Positions 20,005 through 30,310 of a DNA stretch of 64,000 nucleotides are shown here, one piece after another. Positions within the stretch are counted from its first letter, which is position 1. Every line of letters begins with the position of its first letter. The DNA is from Candidatus Marinacidobacterales bacterium. Its GTDB lineage: Bacteria; Acidobacteriota; Vicinamibacteria; Marinacidobacterales; SMYC01. The DNA lies in contig CBDCYI010000004.1 in the NCBI GenBank assembly GCA_965224085.1, positions 960,001 to 1,024,000 of the forward strand. The letters run 5' to 3'. The notes beneath the pieces are model-generated. The model was not told the origin of the DNA and ran no database searches. It saw nothing but the letters and a program-made list of their open reading frames with translations. The translations under genes were made by a program, and so were the position numbers.

Positions 20005-21114
20005 TTATGCGAGCCGTGCCAATCCGAAAAACGGATGGGGAGGGGCCTCGCCCAATACCGCCTCGGCGACGTGCTCTCCTAGTGCAGGTCCGTGTTTGTA
20101 ACCATGCCCCGAACCCCCGCCGACCACCCAAACATTCTCCGCGTCGGGGTGCCGGTCGATGATGAAGTGATGGTCGGAGCTGTTCTCGTATTGACACACG
20201 CGTGCCTCGACGAGCGGGGCGCCCTTCATGCCCGGGAAGCGAAACTCCATGTAGTCGCGCGCCGCCGCGATGGACTCCTCCCGCGGGAGGCGCTCCATCG
20301 TCGTTGGATCAACTGTCTCGCCTGTCGAATCATCTGCGATTTTGAACCCGCGCCAATCACTGCCGGGAATGCCGTAATAAAGCCGAGCCCCGTTGTCGAT
20401 CCAGATGGGGCAGGCGCCCTCGAGGTAGCGCGCATATCCAAGAGGCGTCCCGAAGTAGTAAATCTCTTGCCGCGTCGGTGTGATGAACGTCTCGCCGAGC
20501 TCGGGAAAAAGGCCACCGAGCCAAGGGCCGCAAGCAAAAACGTAATTGTCCGCGCTTAACGTCTCGCCGTCCGAGAGAACAACGCCCTCCGGGCGGCGCC
20601 TCCCGGCGCTCTGAACATAGGTACCGCCGAGCTCGATGCACGCCTCGAGCACGGCTTGGCACCCGCGCCGCGCAAGAAGATAGCCGACGTCCTCTTCGTA
20701 AATCGCCCATTGAACGTCTTCGAAGTTTATCTGGGGGAAGCGTCGGGAGGCTTCACTCACGCTCAGCTTCTCGAAGGGAACCCCGACTTTCCTCAGGACC
20801 TGGACCGCCGATCGCTCAGAGTCATCGTCAGCGCCCGCCATCCAAAGACCGCCCATTCGATGGTAGAGCTTTATGTCCCAACGCTTCTCGTACTCTTTCC
20901 ATAGCTCGAGCGAACGTACTACCCAGCGCGTATAGATCTCGTCGGCGCCGTAGGTCGCGCGGATGACGCGGCTCTCACCGCCCGAGCTCGCTCGCGAATG
21001 GCCCGGCCCCCAGGCGTCGACGAGCGTGACCGAAACACCTTTGCGCAACAAGTGAAGCGCCGTCCAGCCCCCGAAGACACCGGCGCCAACGACGACTGCG
21101 GAAGATTGCGTCAT
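20005..21114 (-). CDS. FAD-dependent oxidoreductase, monomeric sarcosine oxidase-like
   Basis: GAGVFG, SSGGESRVIR, VCQY, GGSGHGYKHGP. Confidence 0.88.
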   Translation of the reverse strand: MTQSSAVVVGAGVFGGWTALHLLRKGVSVTLVDAWGPGHSRASSGGESRVIRATYGADEIYTRWVVRSLELWKEYEKRWDIKLYHRMGGLWMAGADDDSERSAVQVLRKVGVPFEKLSVSEASRRFPQINFEDVQWAIYEEDVGYLLARRGCQAVLEACIELGGTYVQSAGRRRPEGVVLSDGETLSADNYVFACGPWLGGLFPELGETFITPTRQEIYYFGTPLGYARYLEGACPIWIDNGARLYYGIPGSDWRGFKIADDSTGETVDPTTMERLPREESIAAARDYMEFRFPGMKGAPLVEARVCQYENSSDHHFIIDRHPDAENVWVVGGGSGHGYKHGPALGEHVAEAVLGEAPPHPFFGLARLA

Positions 21115-21350
21115 GGCTGTGTCGAGACGCTCATGCCTTTGCGATGCTCAGAGAACCAGTCCAGGATATAGAGCTGCGTTCGGATGAAGCTCGACGGCAT
21201 CGAGCTCGTTCCGTGATATTCCTTGTTGAAGCGAAGAAGCGCGGTCTCAACGCCGAGAATCTTGAGCGCCTGGTAGTACTCCTCGGTCTGGCTCATCGGC
21301 GTGCGCAAATCGAGCTCGCCCGTCATTAGAAGGGTCGGCGCTGTGACGTT
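21111..21350 (-). pseudogene. S9 peptidase C-terminal fragment
   Basis: NVTAPTLLMTGELDLRTP..EYH catalytic Asp/His region only. Confidence 0.8.
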
Positions 21351-21860
21351 GCAAACGCTCACGACCGTGCTCCAAGAGACCGCGCGCATTTTCGAGCCCG
21401 GCGACATCGAGCTTCGCTTCAACGTCTCCCCGAACCAGTCAGCGAGCCGCCCGCTCGTCACGGTGATCGTGCAGCCCCAACCGGCCCGCTTCAAAGTGCA
21501 CGGATGTAGCCGCAACCGCCACGATCACCGACTCGGCCACACTCAACTGCGCTCACGCCGCATTGCCCTCTGGTCGGAGCAAGTGGCGCGCGCCGTAGAC
21601 GGGAACTGGGACCGCAAGGAGCTCCCTAATATCGACGATCACACCTATGCCCGTGCGTTAGGACGGGTCCTTGCCCATGAGCTCGGCCACTTGCTCCTGC
21701 GCCTGAACGGACATCGCGACCGAGGTCTGATGCGGTCCGCTTTCTCGCATCGAAGCCTGACCGCGCGCGGACGCCGTGCGTTCCGCCTCGCCGAAGAAGA
21801 TCTGCAGGCGATCCGCGAGACGCTTCTGCAAGCGGTCGCCAAAAACAAAAGCGCCTCTTT
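21345..21860 (+). pseudogene. 5'-truncated HExxH-motif hypothetical protein
   Basis: LGRVLAHELGHLLL..GH...GLMR zincin-like motif; the 5' end abuts the S9 fragment. Confidence 0.55.
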
Positions 21861-21869
21861 TGGTTCGAC

Positions 21870-22728
21870 ACGATCTTCAAGGGACGCGCGCCGCAGAGCG
21901 ACCCGCCCGTCAAGCTCTTCGTCATGGGCAACGGCGATGGGACAAAGACGGCAGACGGCCACCTCGATCACGGAGGCGAGTGGACCTCTGTGGCGAGCTG
22001 GCCCCCGCCGGAGTCCAGCCCGAGCTCATTCTACTTGCATGGCGATGGACCGCTCAGCCTGGAACGTCCCGCCACCGAAGCCGAGCCGACGCATTTCGTG
22101 TACGACCCCGTCGACCCGGTCCCGAGCATCGGCGGCAATATCAATTCGGGAGATGCTCTCGTCCCGTCCGGCCCCTGGAATCAGAGATGCGTCGTGGGAC
22201 GCGTTACCGGCTGCAAAAACGATCTCCCGCTATCGGCGCGACGCGATGTCCTCGTCTTCCAAACACCGCTTCTTGAAGAGGACGTGGCGGCGATGGGCAT
22301 GATGACCGTCAAGCATTTGGGTTGCGTCTTCAGCGAAAGATACCGACTTCACTGCCAAGCTCGTGGATGTGTATCCCCCGAGCGAAGACTACCCCGAGGG
22401 ATACGACCTCCTAATCGCCAACCGCATCCAGCGCGCCCGTTTCCGCAACGGGCTCGAAAAAGAGGAGCTTTTGGAGCCAGGGCAAGAGTACGAGCTCACC
22501 ATCGACCTTCTCGGCGTCGCCAATCGCTTCGTAAAAGGCCACCGCATTCGGGTCGACATCTCGAGCAGCAACTTCCCATTCTTCGACGTCAATCCGAACA
22601 CGGGCGAGCGTTTGGGTCACCACACGCATATCGTGAAGGCTCAAAACACCGTCTATCACGATGCCGAGAGACCATCGCACATCGTGTTGCCATTGGTACC
22701 GGCTACGAATGCGACCGATCAACCGTGA
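21870..22728 (+). pseudogene. CocE/NonD hydrolase C-terminal fragment, frameshifted
   Basis: PVKLFVMG, FVYDPVDPVPSIGG, RRDVLVFQT, then in another frame GHRIRVDISSSNFP. Confidence 0.82.
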
Positions 22729-22744
22729 CAAAAGCGCAAAGCGG

Positions 22745-23392
22745 TTAGGCTAGCTCTTTCTTGTAATCCAATCGAGGCGCCGTGCGTCCATCGGACCAGA
22801 GTCCAAACACGAAGAGCACCTGGCCCGACGCGACCGCGATGTGTTGTTTGCCGTCAATCTCGAAGGCGATGGGGTTCGAGCGAACGTCGTCGCCGGTTTG
22901 GAAATGCCACAAGGGCTCCCCGCTCTCGGCGTCGAGAGCAAAGAAGTTTCCCTCTTCCGTTCCCGCAAAAAACGAGGTCGCCCGAGGTCGAAAGCACGCC
23001 GGCCCACAGCGGCGAGTGCTGGCGGAACTCCCACTTCGTTTCGCCGGTCGAGATGTCGAGGGCACGGATCGCGCCCGCGGCGTCATCACCTTGAAGCGCG
23101 CGCTCGCCTCCGCCGAGAAAGCTCGTGCCGGGCTCGTACTCGGCTTCCGACTTGAAGTAGTAAGAAGCTGGGTAATGTACATGATGCCATCGACAACGAT
23201 CGGCGACGTTTCGAGCGAGCCTCCGCCCCCCGTCTGAAAGACCCAGACGGGGCGGAGGGACGCGACGTTGTCCCGCGTGATCGCGTTCAGAGGCGAGTAG
23301 CGGTGCGAGCTGTAGTTGCCCGAATAGGTCAACCAGTTTCCGGGCTCCTTTTCCGCGTTGAGGATCCGCTCATAGAGAACAAGATGTCTCAC
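22745..23392 (-). pseudogene. PQQ-dependent dehydrogenase with large internal deletion
   Basis: N-terminus WLTYSGNYSSHRYSPL..ETSPIVVDGIMY joined near 23170 directly to the C-terminal blades (IRALDISTGETKW, FFALDAESGEPLW, GKQHIAV). Confidence 0.85.
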
Positions 23393-24122
23393 GGCTCACC
23401 TCTCATGCTACTGAGATAGGAAACGATGTCGTCGAGCTCTTCGGACGTGAACTCCCGTCGTAGCTCGGCATCAAACTTTCGCCAATCTTCTTTTCGAAAA
23501 AGGCGAGCTCCAACTTGTTGAGCGAGTGATAACGCCCGGACTCGTCCCTCAGTTGAACCGTGAACGAATCCTCGTTGACGCGGAGGCCTGTCAGCTCCTC
23601 GCCGTCCTTGGTTCGCGCATTTACAACGACATAGTTCAAAGCTACGTTCTCGCCGGGTGCCACGAGAGCTTCGCGCAAATGAGCGGGCCCGCGCACGACG
23701 CCGATATTCGACAAGTCGGGTCCGATGACGCCGCCTTCGCCCGCAATGATGCGACAAACGTTGCACCCACCTTTACCTTCGTAGAGGCGCCGGCCATTTT
23801 CGGAGTCACCGGGAAGCGGTTCCTCTTCGGCACGACCCAACGAGCGCACATATTTTGCGACCGCTTTCACCTCGTTCGTGCCCAACATCCAGTTTCCGGG
23901 CATGTCGGTATTGGGAATGCCGTTTATGATGACCGCCCTCAGCGCTTCATCGTCCCCCGCGTGCTGGAGAACGACGCGCGTCAGGCTCGCCCCCTCCCCT
24001 CCCGTACCGCCGATGCCGTGACAACGCGCGCAGTGACTCTCGAACAGTTGCTTGCCGGACGTCTGCGCTCACGCGGAGGCTGCCAGCATCAGGAAAAACG
24101 CCAGTAGAACAGTATTTCGCAT
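23389..24122 (-). pseudogene. di-heme-type cytochrome c partner of the PQQ dehydrogenase, inactivated
   Basis: MRNTVLLAFFLMLAASA*AQ..HCARCHG with an in-frame TGA; frameshift near 23995; second motif reads CNVCR (His lost); further C-terminal frameshift. Confidence 0.8.
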
Positions 24123-24191
24123 GAAAAGGCCCCCAAAAGACTGGTGTTTCAGCGTGCGCAAGCCTAACATTCGACTCGTAGAAGCAGCAAA

Positions 24192-25244
24192 TTGGGAGGT
24201 ATGAGCTTGCGTCCACTGTACTTCGTCCTCGGCACGACCCTCACCGTCGCTTGCACGCAGCCCGCGCCAGAGCTGTCCTCCACCCCAGGAGAGCTCGTCT
24301 TCGTCACGAACGAAGACTCCGGCGATCTCACCGTCATCGCAACGAGCACCTACGAGGTCATTGCGACCATCCCCGTCGGCAAGCGCCCGAGGGGCGTGCG
24401 CCTAAGCAAGAACGGCCGGATCGCCTACGTCGCGCTGAGCGGCTCGCCCAAATGTCCACCCTGGATGTCGGATGAGGATTGCGCGGCACAAGTCACGGAC
24501 AAGACCCTCGACGGGGTCGCGGTTGTCGACGTCGCGGCGGCACGCGTCACGAAGGTGCTTCCCGGCGGGTCGGACCCAGAACAGTTCGACCTCAGTCTGG
24601 ACGGAAAACAGATGTGCGTGGCCAACGAGGATGCCAGCGTCGCGACCATCGTCGATCTGGATTCCGGAGAGATCCTTCATGAGGTAAGCGTCGGAGAAGA
24701 GCCCGAGGGTGTGCGCACGAGCCCGGACGGAAAGTACTACTATGTGACCGGAGAGACCGATCACAACATCACCGTCATCGACGCCGCGACCGGCGAGGCC
24801 GTGACCCAAATCACCGTGGGCCACCGCCCGCGCGACGCTGACTTTTCTTCGGACAGCACACGCGCCTACGTGACTTCGGAGATCGACGGAGCCGTCTCGG
24901 TCATCGACGTTTCAGCCCACGAGGTCATTGATACTATCGCCCTTCCCGAAGGGTCACGGACAATGGGAGTGCTCGTCTCGCCAGACGACCACCGACTCTA
25001 TGTCAGCAATGGGCGCAGCAGGACGGTTTCGGTCATCGACGTCGCAACAGGCGCAGTAACAGGCTCGGTCGAGGTCGGTCCGCGACCTTGGGGCATCGGG
25101 CTGAGCGCCGATGGCAAAAGACTCTATACGGCCAACGGCCCTTCGAACGACGTCGCGGTCGTGGACACGGAGACGCTCGAGGTGATCCAGACGATTCCCG
25201 TCGGCGAGACACCGTGGGGGATCGCGATCGGGCCCGCGCCGTGA
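24192..25244 (+). CDS. YVTN beta-propeller lipoprotein (PQQ-catabolism associated type)
   Basis: Repeated FVTNE/YVTGE/YVSNG/YTANG and IPVG.RP motifs; lipobox TVAC. Confidence 0.88.
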   Translation: MGGMSLRPLYFVLGTTLTVACTQPAPELSSTPGELVFVTNEDSGDLTVIATSTYEVIATIPVGKRPRGVRLSKNGRIAYVALSGSPKCPPWMSDEDCAAQVTDKTLDGVAVVDVAAARVTKVLPGGSDPEQFDLSLDGKQMCVANEDASVATIVDLDSGEILHEVSVGEEPEGVRTSPDGKYYYVTGETDHNITVIDAATGEAVTQITVGHRPRDADFSSDSTRAYVTSEIDGAVSVIDVSAHEVIDTIALPEGSRTMGVLVSPDDHRLYVSNGRSRTVSVIDVATGAVTGSVEVGPRPWGIGLSADGKRLYTANGPSNDVAVVDTETLEVIQTIPVGETPWGIAIGPAP

Positions 25245-25716
25245 CGAGCGGGTCCGGCAAACCCGTTTACTCCATCGGCCATAGCAGCCGTTCCGCGGAA
25301 AGCTTTCTCGCACTGCTTCGTCGCTACGGCATCGGGTGGACGTACGCCGCTATCCCGGCAGCCGGCGCCACCCGCAGTTCAACCTGGGCACGCTCGAGAC
25401 GAGCTTGAAGCAGGTGGGGATCGAGTACCTGCATTTGGGCGAAACGCTCGGAGGCTATCGCGATGTCGATTACGGTGAGTATCAAGAAAGCGACGCCTTC
25501 GCTGCAGGTCTAGCAGCGCTCGAAGAGCAAGCGGCGCGATCGCGGTGCGCGTTCATGTGTGCGGAGAAGGTCCCGTGGCAATGTCACCGGCGATTCATCG
25601 CCGAGGCGCTCGTGAAGCGTGACTGGAAGGTCCGGCACATTCTAGATGTAGACACGCTCTGGGATCCGGAAGAGCTCTTGCTCGGAAGTGCAAGCGTCAC
25701 CTCAGAGGGTACATGA
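25241..25716 (+). pseudogene. DUF488 family protein, frameshifted near 25335
   Basis: YSIGHSSRS in one frame; VDVRRYPGSRRHPQF, MCAEKVPWQCHR in another. Confidence 0.8.
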
Positions 25717-25724
25717 CATACAGG

Positions 25725-25848
25725 TCGGAGGCCGTCCTCAGAAAAGCCCGGTCTTCGCGCTTGATGCTTTCAGCAACTTCCATCTGTGCTGTAAACTCGC
25801 GATCATAAGGTGTCAGCTCCTGCCGTTCGAGGTCTCGAGTAAGAGTTG
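25725..25848 (-). pseudogene. C-terminal remnant of an AbrB-type (Doc-associated) antitoxin
   Basis: Manual translation LLETSNG/ELTPYDREFTAQMEVAESIKREDRAFLR with a 1-bp shift; similarity judged by eye. Confidence 0.55.
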
Positions 25849-25869
25849 ATGGCGGGTGCACACAGTTAA

Positions 25870-26058
25870 CCCTAATCGCAAATAAACGTCACCGTGTCTG
25901 AGGTCTTTGGCCCCGTGAATAGCACCTTTTCCAGGTTCTGCATACACCGTGCAGAATCACCTATAGTGGCGGCGAGCGGGTGCCCCAGCACGAGCTTCTC
26001 GCCTGCGCCCAGTGCGGCTGTTTCGCGTTTTCGTGCTTCGAAGATTTTGCGATTAGGG
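25870..26058. mobile_element. MITE-like element, 189 bp, flanked by TTAA
   Basis: Perfect 17-bp inverted repeat TTAACCCTAATCGCAAA (25866-25882) / TTTGCGATTAGGGTTAA (26046-26062); no transposase inside. Confidence 0.7.
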
Positions 26059-26323
26059 TTAATTTGGCCTTTCTCCATGCCTGCGCACGACGCCGACTGC
26101 GTTCTGGTTTCGCGCATCCGCACAAGAGAGATTTCCGTTCTGACTACTGGCTCGATACCATGGCGTCTTTGTGACTGGATCTTGTTACGAATCTGTGCGA
26201 GCCTCTGGAGGCTTTTTGGGCCGGTAGTCGATGAACGTCTGATGCTGCACCGTGGCGCCTCTCCTACATCCTCGGGGGCTGGACCATCGACCGGCAAAAT
26301 CGTCAGCGAAAGGGAACAGTACT

Positions 26324-28429
26324 ATGAATCATCACCAGTGCGGGCGGTCTTTGCGACTCCCATCCTTGCTTCGGCTCACGCTAGCACTCGGCGCGCTGCT
26401 TTGCGCGCCGTGGGCGTCCATAGCTCAGGGTCCGGGTACCCAAGGGGGTCAATGGACCTTCCTGGGTGGGGACGCGTGGCACACGCGGTATACGCAGGCC
26501 GATCAAATCAACGCGTCCAACTTCGGAGATCTCGAGCTCGCCTGGCAATTCGATGCCGCAAGCTTCGGCCCTAGCACCTCCAGGGCAACGGCCAGCTATA
26601 TGGATGGCAAGCTGATCACGGTCACGGGCGATCGTCGGCACGTCATCGCCCTCGACCCGGCTACGGGAGAGCTGCGTTGGAGCTTCACCGAGCCCAACAC
26701 ATTCCGCTACGAGTACTCGATGCGGAAGGGATACGGCAAGGGGATCGCCTACGGTGAGATCGATGGGCGTGGGGTGGTGTACATCACCACGCCGGGCTTT
26801 TTCTTGCACGCTTTGGACGCCGAGACCGGGCGGCCCCTCGAAAATTGGGGCAAAGCCGTGGATGTGGCCGGGTTTCCGAAGTCCGGTACCGTCGACCTGG
26901 TCTGGGATCTAATCCAGGACTGGGGTCCGTGGCAGGCATGGAAAAAGCCCTATGACGCCTATCAGGGGATTCCCCTCGAGCTCGGCTACATCACCAGCTC
27001 CTCGCCGCCGATCGTGGTCAACGACGTCGTGGTGGTGGGCAACTCCGCCGAGCAGGGCTACAACCAGACGCGGAAGGAAATGGTCCCCGGAGACATCCTC
27101 GCCTATGACGCCCGCACCGGGAAGTCCAAGTGGAAGTTCCACGTCATCCCGCGTCCCGGTGAAGCCGGGCACGAGACGTGGGAGAACGACGCTTGGAAAT
27201 GGACGGGGGACATCTCGTCCTGGGCGCCGATGGCGGCAGATCCGGAGCTGGGCCTCGTCTACATTCCGACCAACGGGGCCACCATCGACTACTACGGAGG
27301 CTTCCATCCGGGTGACAACCTCTACGGCACGAGCTTGATCGCGCTGGACGTCGAAACCGGCGAGCGAAAGTGGCACTACCAGATGGTCCATCACGACATC
27401 TGGAACTACGACACGCCCACAGCTCCGCTGCTGATGGACGTCACAGTGGACGGTAAGGCGATCAAGGGCATCTTTCAGATTACCAAGCAATCGTTCGTGT
27501 ACGCGCTGAACCGGGAGACGGGCGAGCCGATCTGGCCTATCGAGGAGCGTCCCGTGCAAGCGTCGACTGTCCCTGGCGAGAAGCTGTCGCCCACGCAACC
27601 TTTCCCGACCAAGCCGGCACCGTTCGACTTACAGGGACGGACGGAGGAACATCTGATCGACTACACGCCGGAGATTCGACAGAAAGCACTCGAATACGCG
27701 CGGGAAAACAACTTTTTCGTACCGTTCTTTAATCCGCCCGTCGTCGCGGACAGCCCGGACGCCAACTGGCCGGGTGCGGGCCTGAACTGCCCCGGAGGCG
27801 GAGGCGGCGCCAACATTTACAGTCCTTCCGTAGCGGACCCGGTGGCGGGCGTGATGTACGTTGCGTCGGGCAGCGGGTGCTCACGGTATAACCTCATGCC
27901 GGGCGCAGAATCCCCGCTCGACACAGCCACCGTGCAGACGGGCACGAGCCACTCCGAGTGGTCGCGTGCGGCAGGCGGTGGCGCTGGCCGACGAGGTGCT
28001 GCAGGGCGCCCAGACCGCGCCAACATCGATGGTCTTTCCATCTGGAAGGGGCCGATGAGCCGCATTACCGCCATTGACATGAACACGGGCGAGCATCTTT
28101 GGGTGATCCCCAACGGCGATGCCGATGAGGAAGACCAGGAGGAAATTCGGAATCACCCCTTGCTGCAGGGCTTGGCCGATGTCCCGACCAACCCCGGCCG
28201 CCGCGGAGTTTCTGTAATGGTCGCCACGCCAACTTTGCTCATGGCCTCCGGCCAAACCAGCGACGGCACCTGGAACCTCTTCGCCATCGACAAGCGAACC
28301 GGCGAACGCGTGGGGTCCGTCGAGATTCCCGGAGCGACGCGGTATGGCATGTCGAGCTGGGCGCACGAGGGTAAGCAGTATGTGATGATCCAGCTCGCGG
28401 ACGGCCTAGCGGCGATGGCGCTGCCGTGA
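26324..28429 (+). CDS. PQQ-binding quinoprotein (glucose dehydrogenase-like)
   Basis: Signal peptide; SSPPIVVNDVVVVG, WHYQMVHHDIWNYD, PTQPFPTKPAPF, GKQYV. Confidence 0.88.
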   Translation: MNHHQCGRSLRLPSLLRLTLALGALLCAPWASIAQGPGTQGGQWTFLGGDAWHTRYTQADQINASNFGDLELAWQFDAASFGPSTSRATASYMDGKLITVTGDRRHVIALDPATGELRWSFTEPNTFRYEYSMRKGYGKGIAYGEIDGRGVVYITTPGFFLHALDAETGRPLENWGKAVDVAGFPKSGTVDLVWDLIQDWGPWQAWKKPYDAYQGIPLELGYITSSSPPIVVNDVVVVGNSAEQGYNQTRKEMVPGDILAYDARTGKSKWKFHVIPRPGEAGHETWENDAWKWTGDISSWAPMAADPELGLVYIPTNGATIDYYGGFHPGDNLYGTSLIALDVETGERKWHYQMVHHDIWNYDTPTAPLLMDVTVDGKAIKGIFQITKQSFVYALNRETGEPIWPIEERPVQASTVPGEKLSPTQPFPTKPAPFDLQGRTEEHLIDYTPEIRQKALEYARENNFFVPFFNPPVVADSPDANWPGAGLNCPGGGGGANIYSPSVADPVAGVMYVASGSGCSRYNLMPGAESPLDTATVQTGTSHSEWSRAAGGGAGRRGAAGRPDRANIDGLSIWKGPMSRITAIDMNTGEHLWVIPNGDADEEDQEEIRNHPLLQGLADVPTNPGRRGVSVMVATPTLLMASGQTSDGTWNLFAIDKRTGERVGSVEIPGATRYGMSSWAHEGKQYVMIQLADGLAAMALP

Positions 28430-28587
28430 ATTTCGCGTAGCCGGCGAGAGAACCGCCGAGAGACCGTGGCAGAGCGCCGAGATGATGGAGGAATCGACCG
28501 TCGAGAAACGCCGAGCACGACAGAAGCAAGCGACGCCGGACTCGGAAACGTCGAGAACGCTTGTCCTGGGCGGCTAAGAAGGCTTGA

Positions 28588-28700
28588 GTGTCGCTCCAAA
28601 TCGGTCACAAACTCGCCCACTACGAAATCCTCGAGCCCATCGGCAAGGGCGGGATGGGTGAAGTTTATCGAGCGAAAGACGGGAAGCTCGGTCGCAACGT
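28588..28700 (+). pseudogene. Ser/Thr kinase N-terminal remnant
   Basis: LAHYEILEPIGKGGMGEVYRAKDGKLGRNV (subdomain I), then the homology stops. Confidence 0.8.
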
Positions 28701-28997
28701 TCGTACAACGCCGAAGGAACCAAAGGCCTCATCAGGGACGGCGGCGTCACACGCCGGGAAGCCGCCAAAGGGCTGATCGAAAGTTTGGGCGGCACGATGG
28801 TGAGCTTCTACTACGCGCTCGGAGAGGATGACGCCCTCGTCATCGTTGAGATGCCGGATCATTCATCGCTCGTAGCTGCCATGTTGGCCATCGGCGCGAG
28901 CGGGCTCGTGACCGGGAGAACGACGGCGCTCTTCAGCGCCGAAGAAATGGACGCAGCGACGAAGAAGACGGCCAATTACCGAGGTCCCGGACAGTAA
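28701..28997 (+). pseudogene. GYD-domain protein lacking its first residues
   Basis: SYNAEGTKGLIRDGGVTRREAAKGLIESLGG..SFYYALGEDD..YRGPGQ. Confidence 0.75.
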
Positions 28998-29222
28998 CCC
29001 TCGGACATCCCGCTCGCGAACGCTAGCACAGAGCACGCATCCGCAGCGAAGCTTTGTGCAGGAGTGCTTCAGTAAAATCGCGAGCTACTTCGCAGGGTGG
29101 AGCGTCAGGATCTGGTCGATGCACCCGACCTACGACGTGGCGTCAAAAGTCGATATCTGGGCGCTCTACGAAGGCTTCGTCGTCTTCATTTAGAAGCTGA
29201 ACCTCAAATACGCTCTTACGTA

Positions 29223-29251
29223 TTGACTAAGTCGTAAAACTAAGCTAATCT
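29223..29251 (+). promoter_or_regulatory. sigma-70 promoter, probably leaderless TA transcript
   Basis: TTGACT-N17-TAATCT ending 6 nt before GTG 29258; ACTAAG repeated twice within it. Confidence 0.6.
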
Positions 29252-29257
29252 ACTGGC

Positions 29258-29482
29258 GTGAACAAAGTAAATATTCACGAGGCGAAGACCCATCTCTCTC
29301 GACTTGTCCAAGAGGTGCTGGACGGTGGTGAAGTCGTCATCGCTCGAGACAACGTGCCGCTCGTCAAGCTCGTGCTTCTCGACAGTGCCAAGAGCGCGCG
29401 CATCCTGGGAACGGCCAAAGGGAAGGTTACGTTAGCGGCCGACTTCGATGAACCGCTGGCTGACTTCGATGACTACCGCTGA
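29258..29482 (+). CDS. Phd/YefM family antitoxin
   Basis: VNIHEAKTHLSRLV..GEVVIAR..PLVKLV. Confidence 0.9.
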   Translation: MNKVNIHEAKTHLSRLVQEVLDGGEVVIARDNVPLVKLVLLDSAKSARILGTAKGKVTLAADFDEPLADFDDYR

Positions 29483-29876
29483 TCCGTCACATAATCTACT
29501 ACTCGACACGCACACCTTGATCTGGCTTGCGACCGACGATGCTCGAATATCCGAGCAAGCGCGGACTCTGGTCGGAGATCTGAAAAACGATCTCTATCTG
29601 AGCGTCGCTTCGGTGTGGGAGCTCGCTATCAAGAAGAGCCTGGGGAAGATCGATTTACAGATGCCGCTGGCGGCTTTCGTCAAGAGCCAGACCGGGGCGC
29701 TCAACCTTCGGCGCCTGGAGATCCATAGCGAACATGCTTTGCTGGTCGAGGGGCTACCGTTCCATCACCGGGACCCCTTCGACCGAATGCTAGTGGCGCA
29801 GGCCCTTCACAAGGGCTTGAGCATTCTCGGCGCGGACTCCGTTTTCGACTCCTACTCGGTCAAGCGACTCTGGTAG
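29469..29876 (+). CDS. vapC: VapC PIN-domain toxin
   Basis: LLLDTHTLIW, SVASVWELAIK, HHRDPFDRMLVAQA. Confidence 0.9.
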   Translation: MTTADPSHNLLLDTHTLIWLATDDARISEQARTLVGDLKNDLYLSVASVWELAIKKSLGKIDLQMPLAAFVKSQTGALNLRRLEIHSEHALLVEGLPFHHRDPFDRMLVAQALHKGLSILGADSVFDSYSVKRLW

Positions 29877-29936
29877 CGCGTCGCGTATTCGGATGCGGCG
29901 ACACCGATCGTCGTTTGGATGCCATAATGCGCGATC

Positions 29937-30310
29937 ATGACCGAATAGCTATTTCCTCGCGGTGGATATCGGCGGCACTTTTACCGATGTCGTGCTGCGC
30001 GATGGCCGTGGGAGCACATGGGTCGACAAGACGCTCACAACGCACGCGGATCTTCTCGAGGGGTTCTTTCGCGTCGTCGAGCTCGGCCTCGAAAAAGCGG
30101 GGGTGCAGCCCGCGGACGTCGACGACGTCATCGTCCATGCGACAACGATCGTGACCAACGCGATCATCGAGCGCAAAGGCCCCCACATAGCGCTCCTCGT
30201 GACCGAGGGCTTTGCCGACGTCCTCTCCATTCGCAACGAGTACCGCTACGACATGTACGACCCGCAGATCGAGTTCGTAGAACCGCTCGTCCCGCACGCG
30301 CTCACCTGGT
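29937..30310 (+). pseudogene. hydantoinase A/5-oxoprolinase N-terminal fragment
   Basis: AVDIGGTFTD, HATTIVTNAIIERKG, LLVTEGFADVL; truncated after about 120 aa. Confidence 0.85.

Noticed and set aside
25872-26574. ORFs 25872-26297 (-) and 25894-26574 (+)
   Set aside because: No recognisable motifs; they cross the MITE and the quinoprotein leader.
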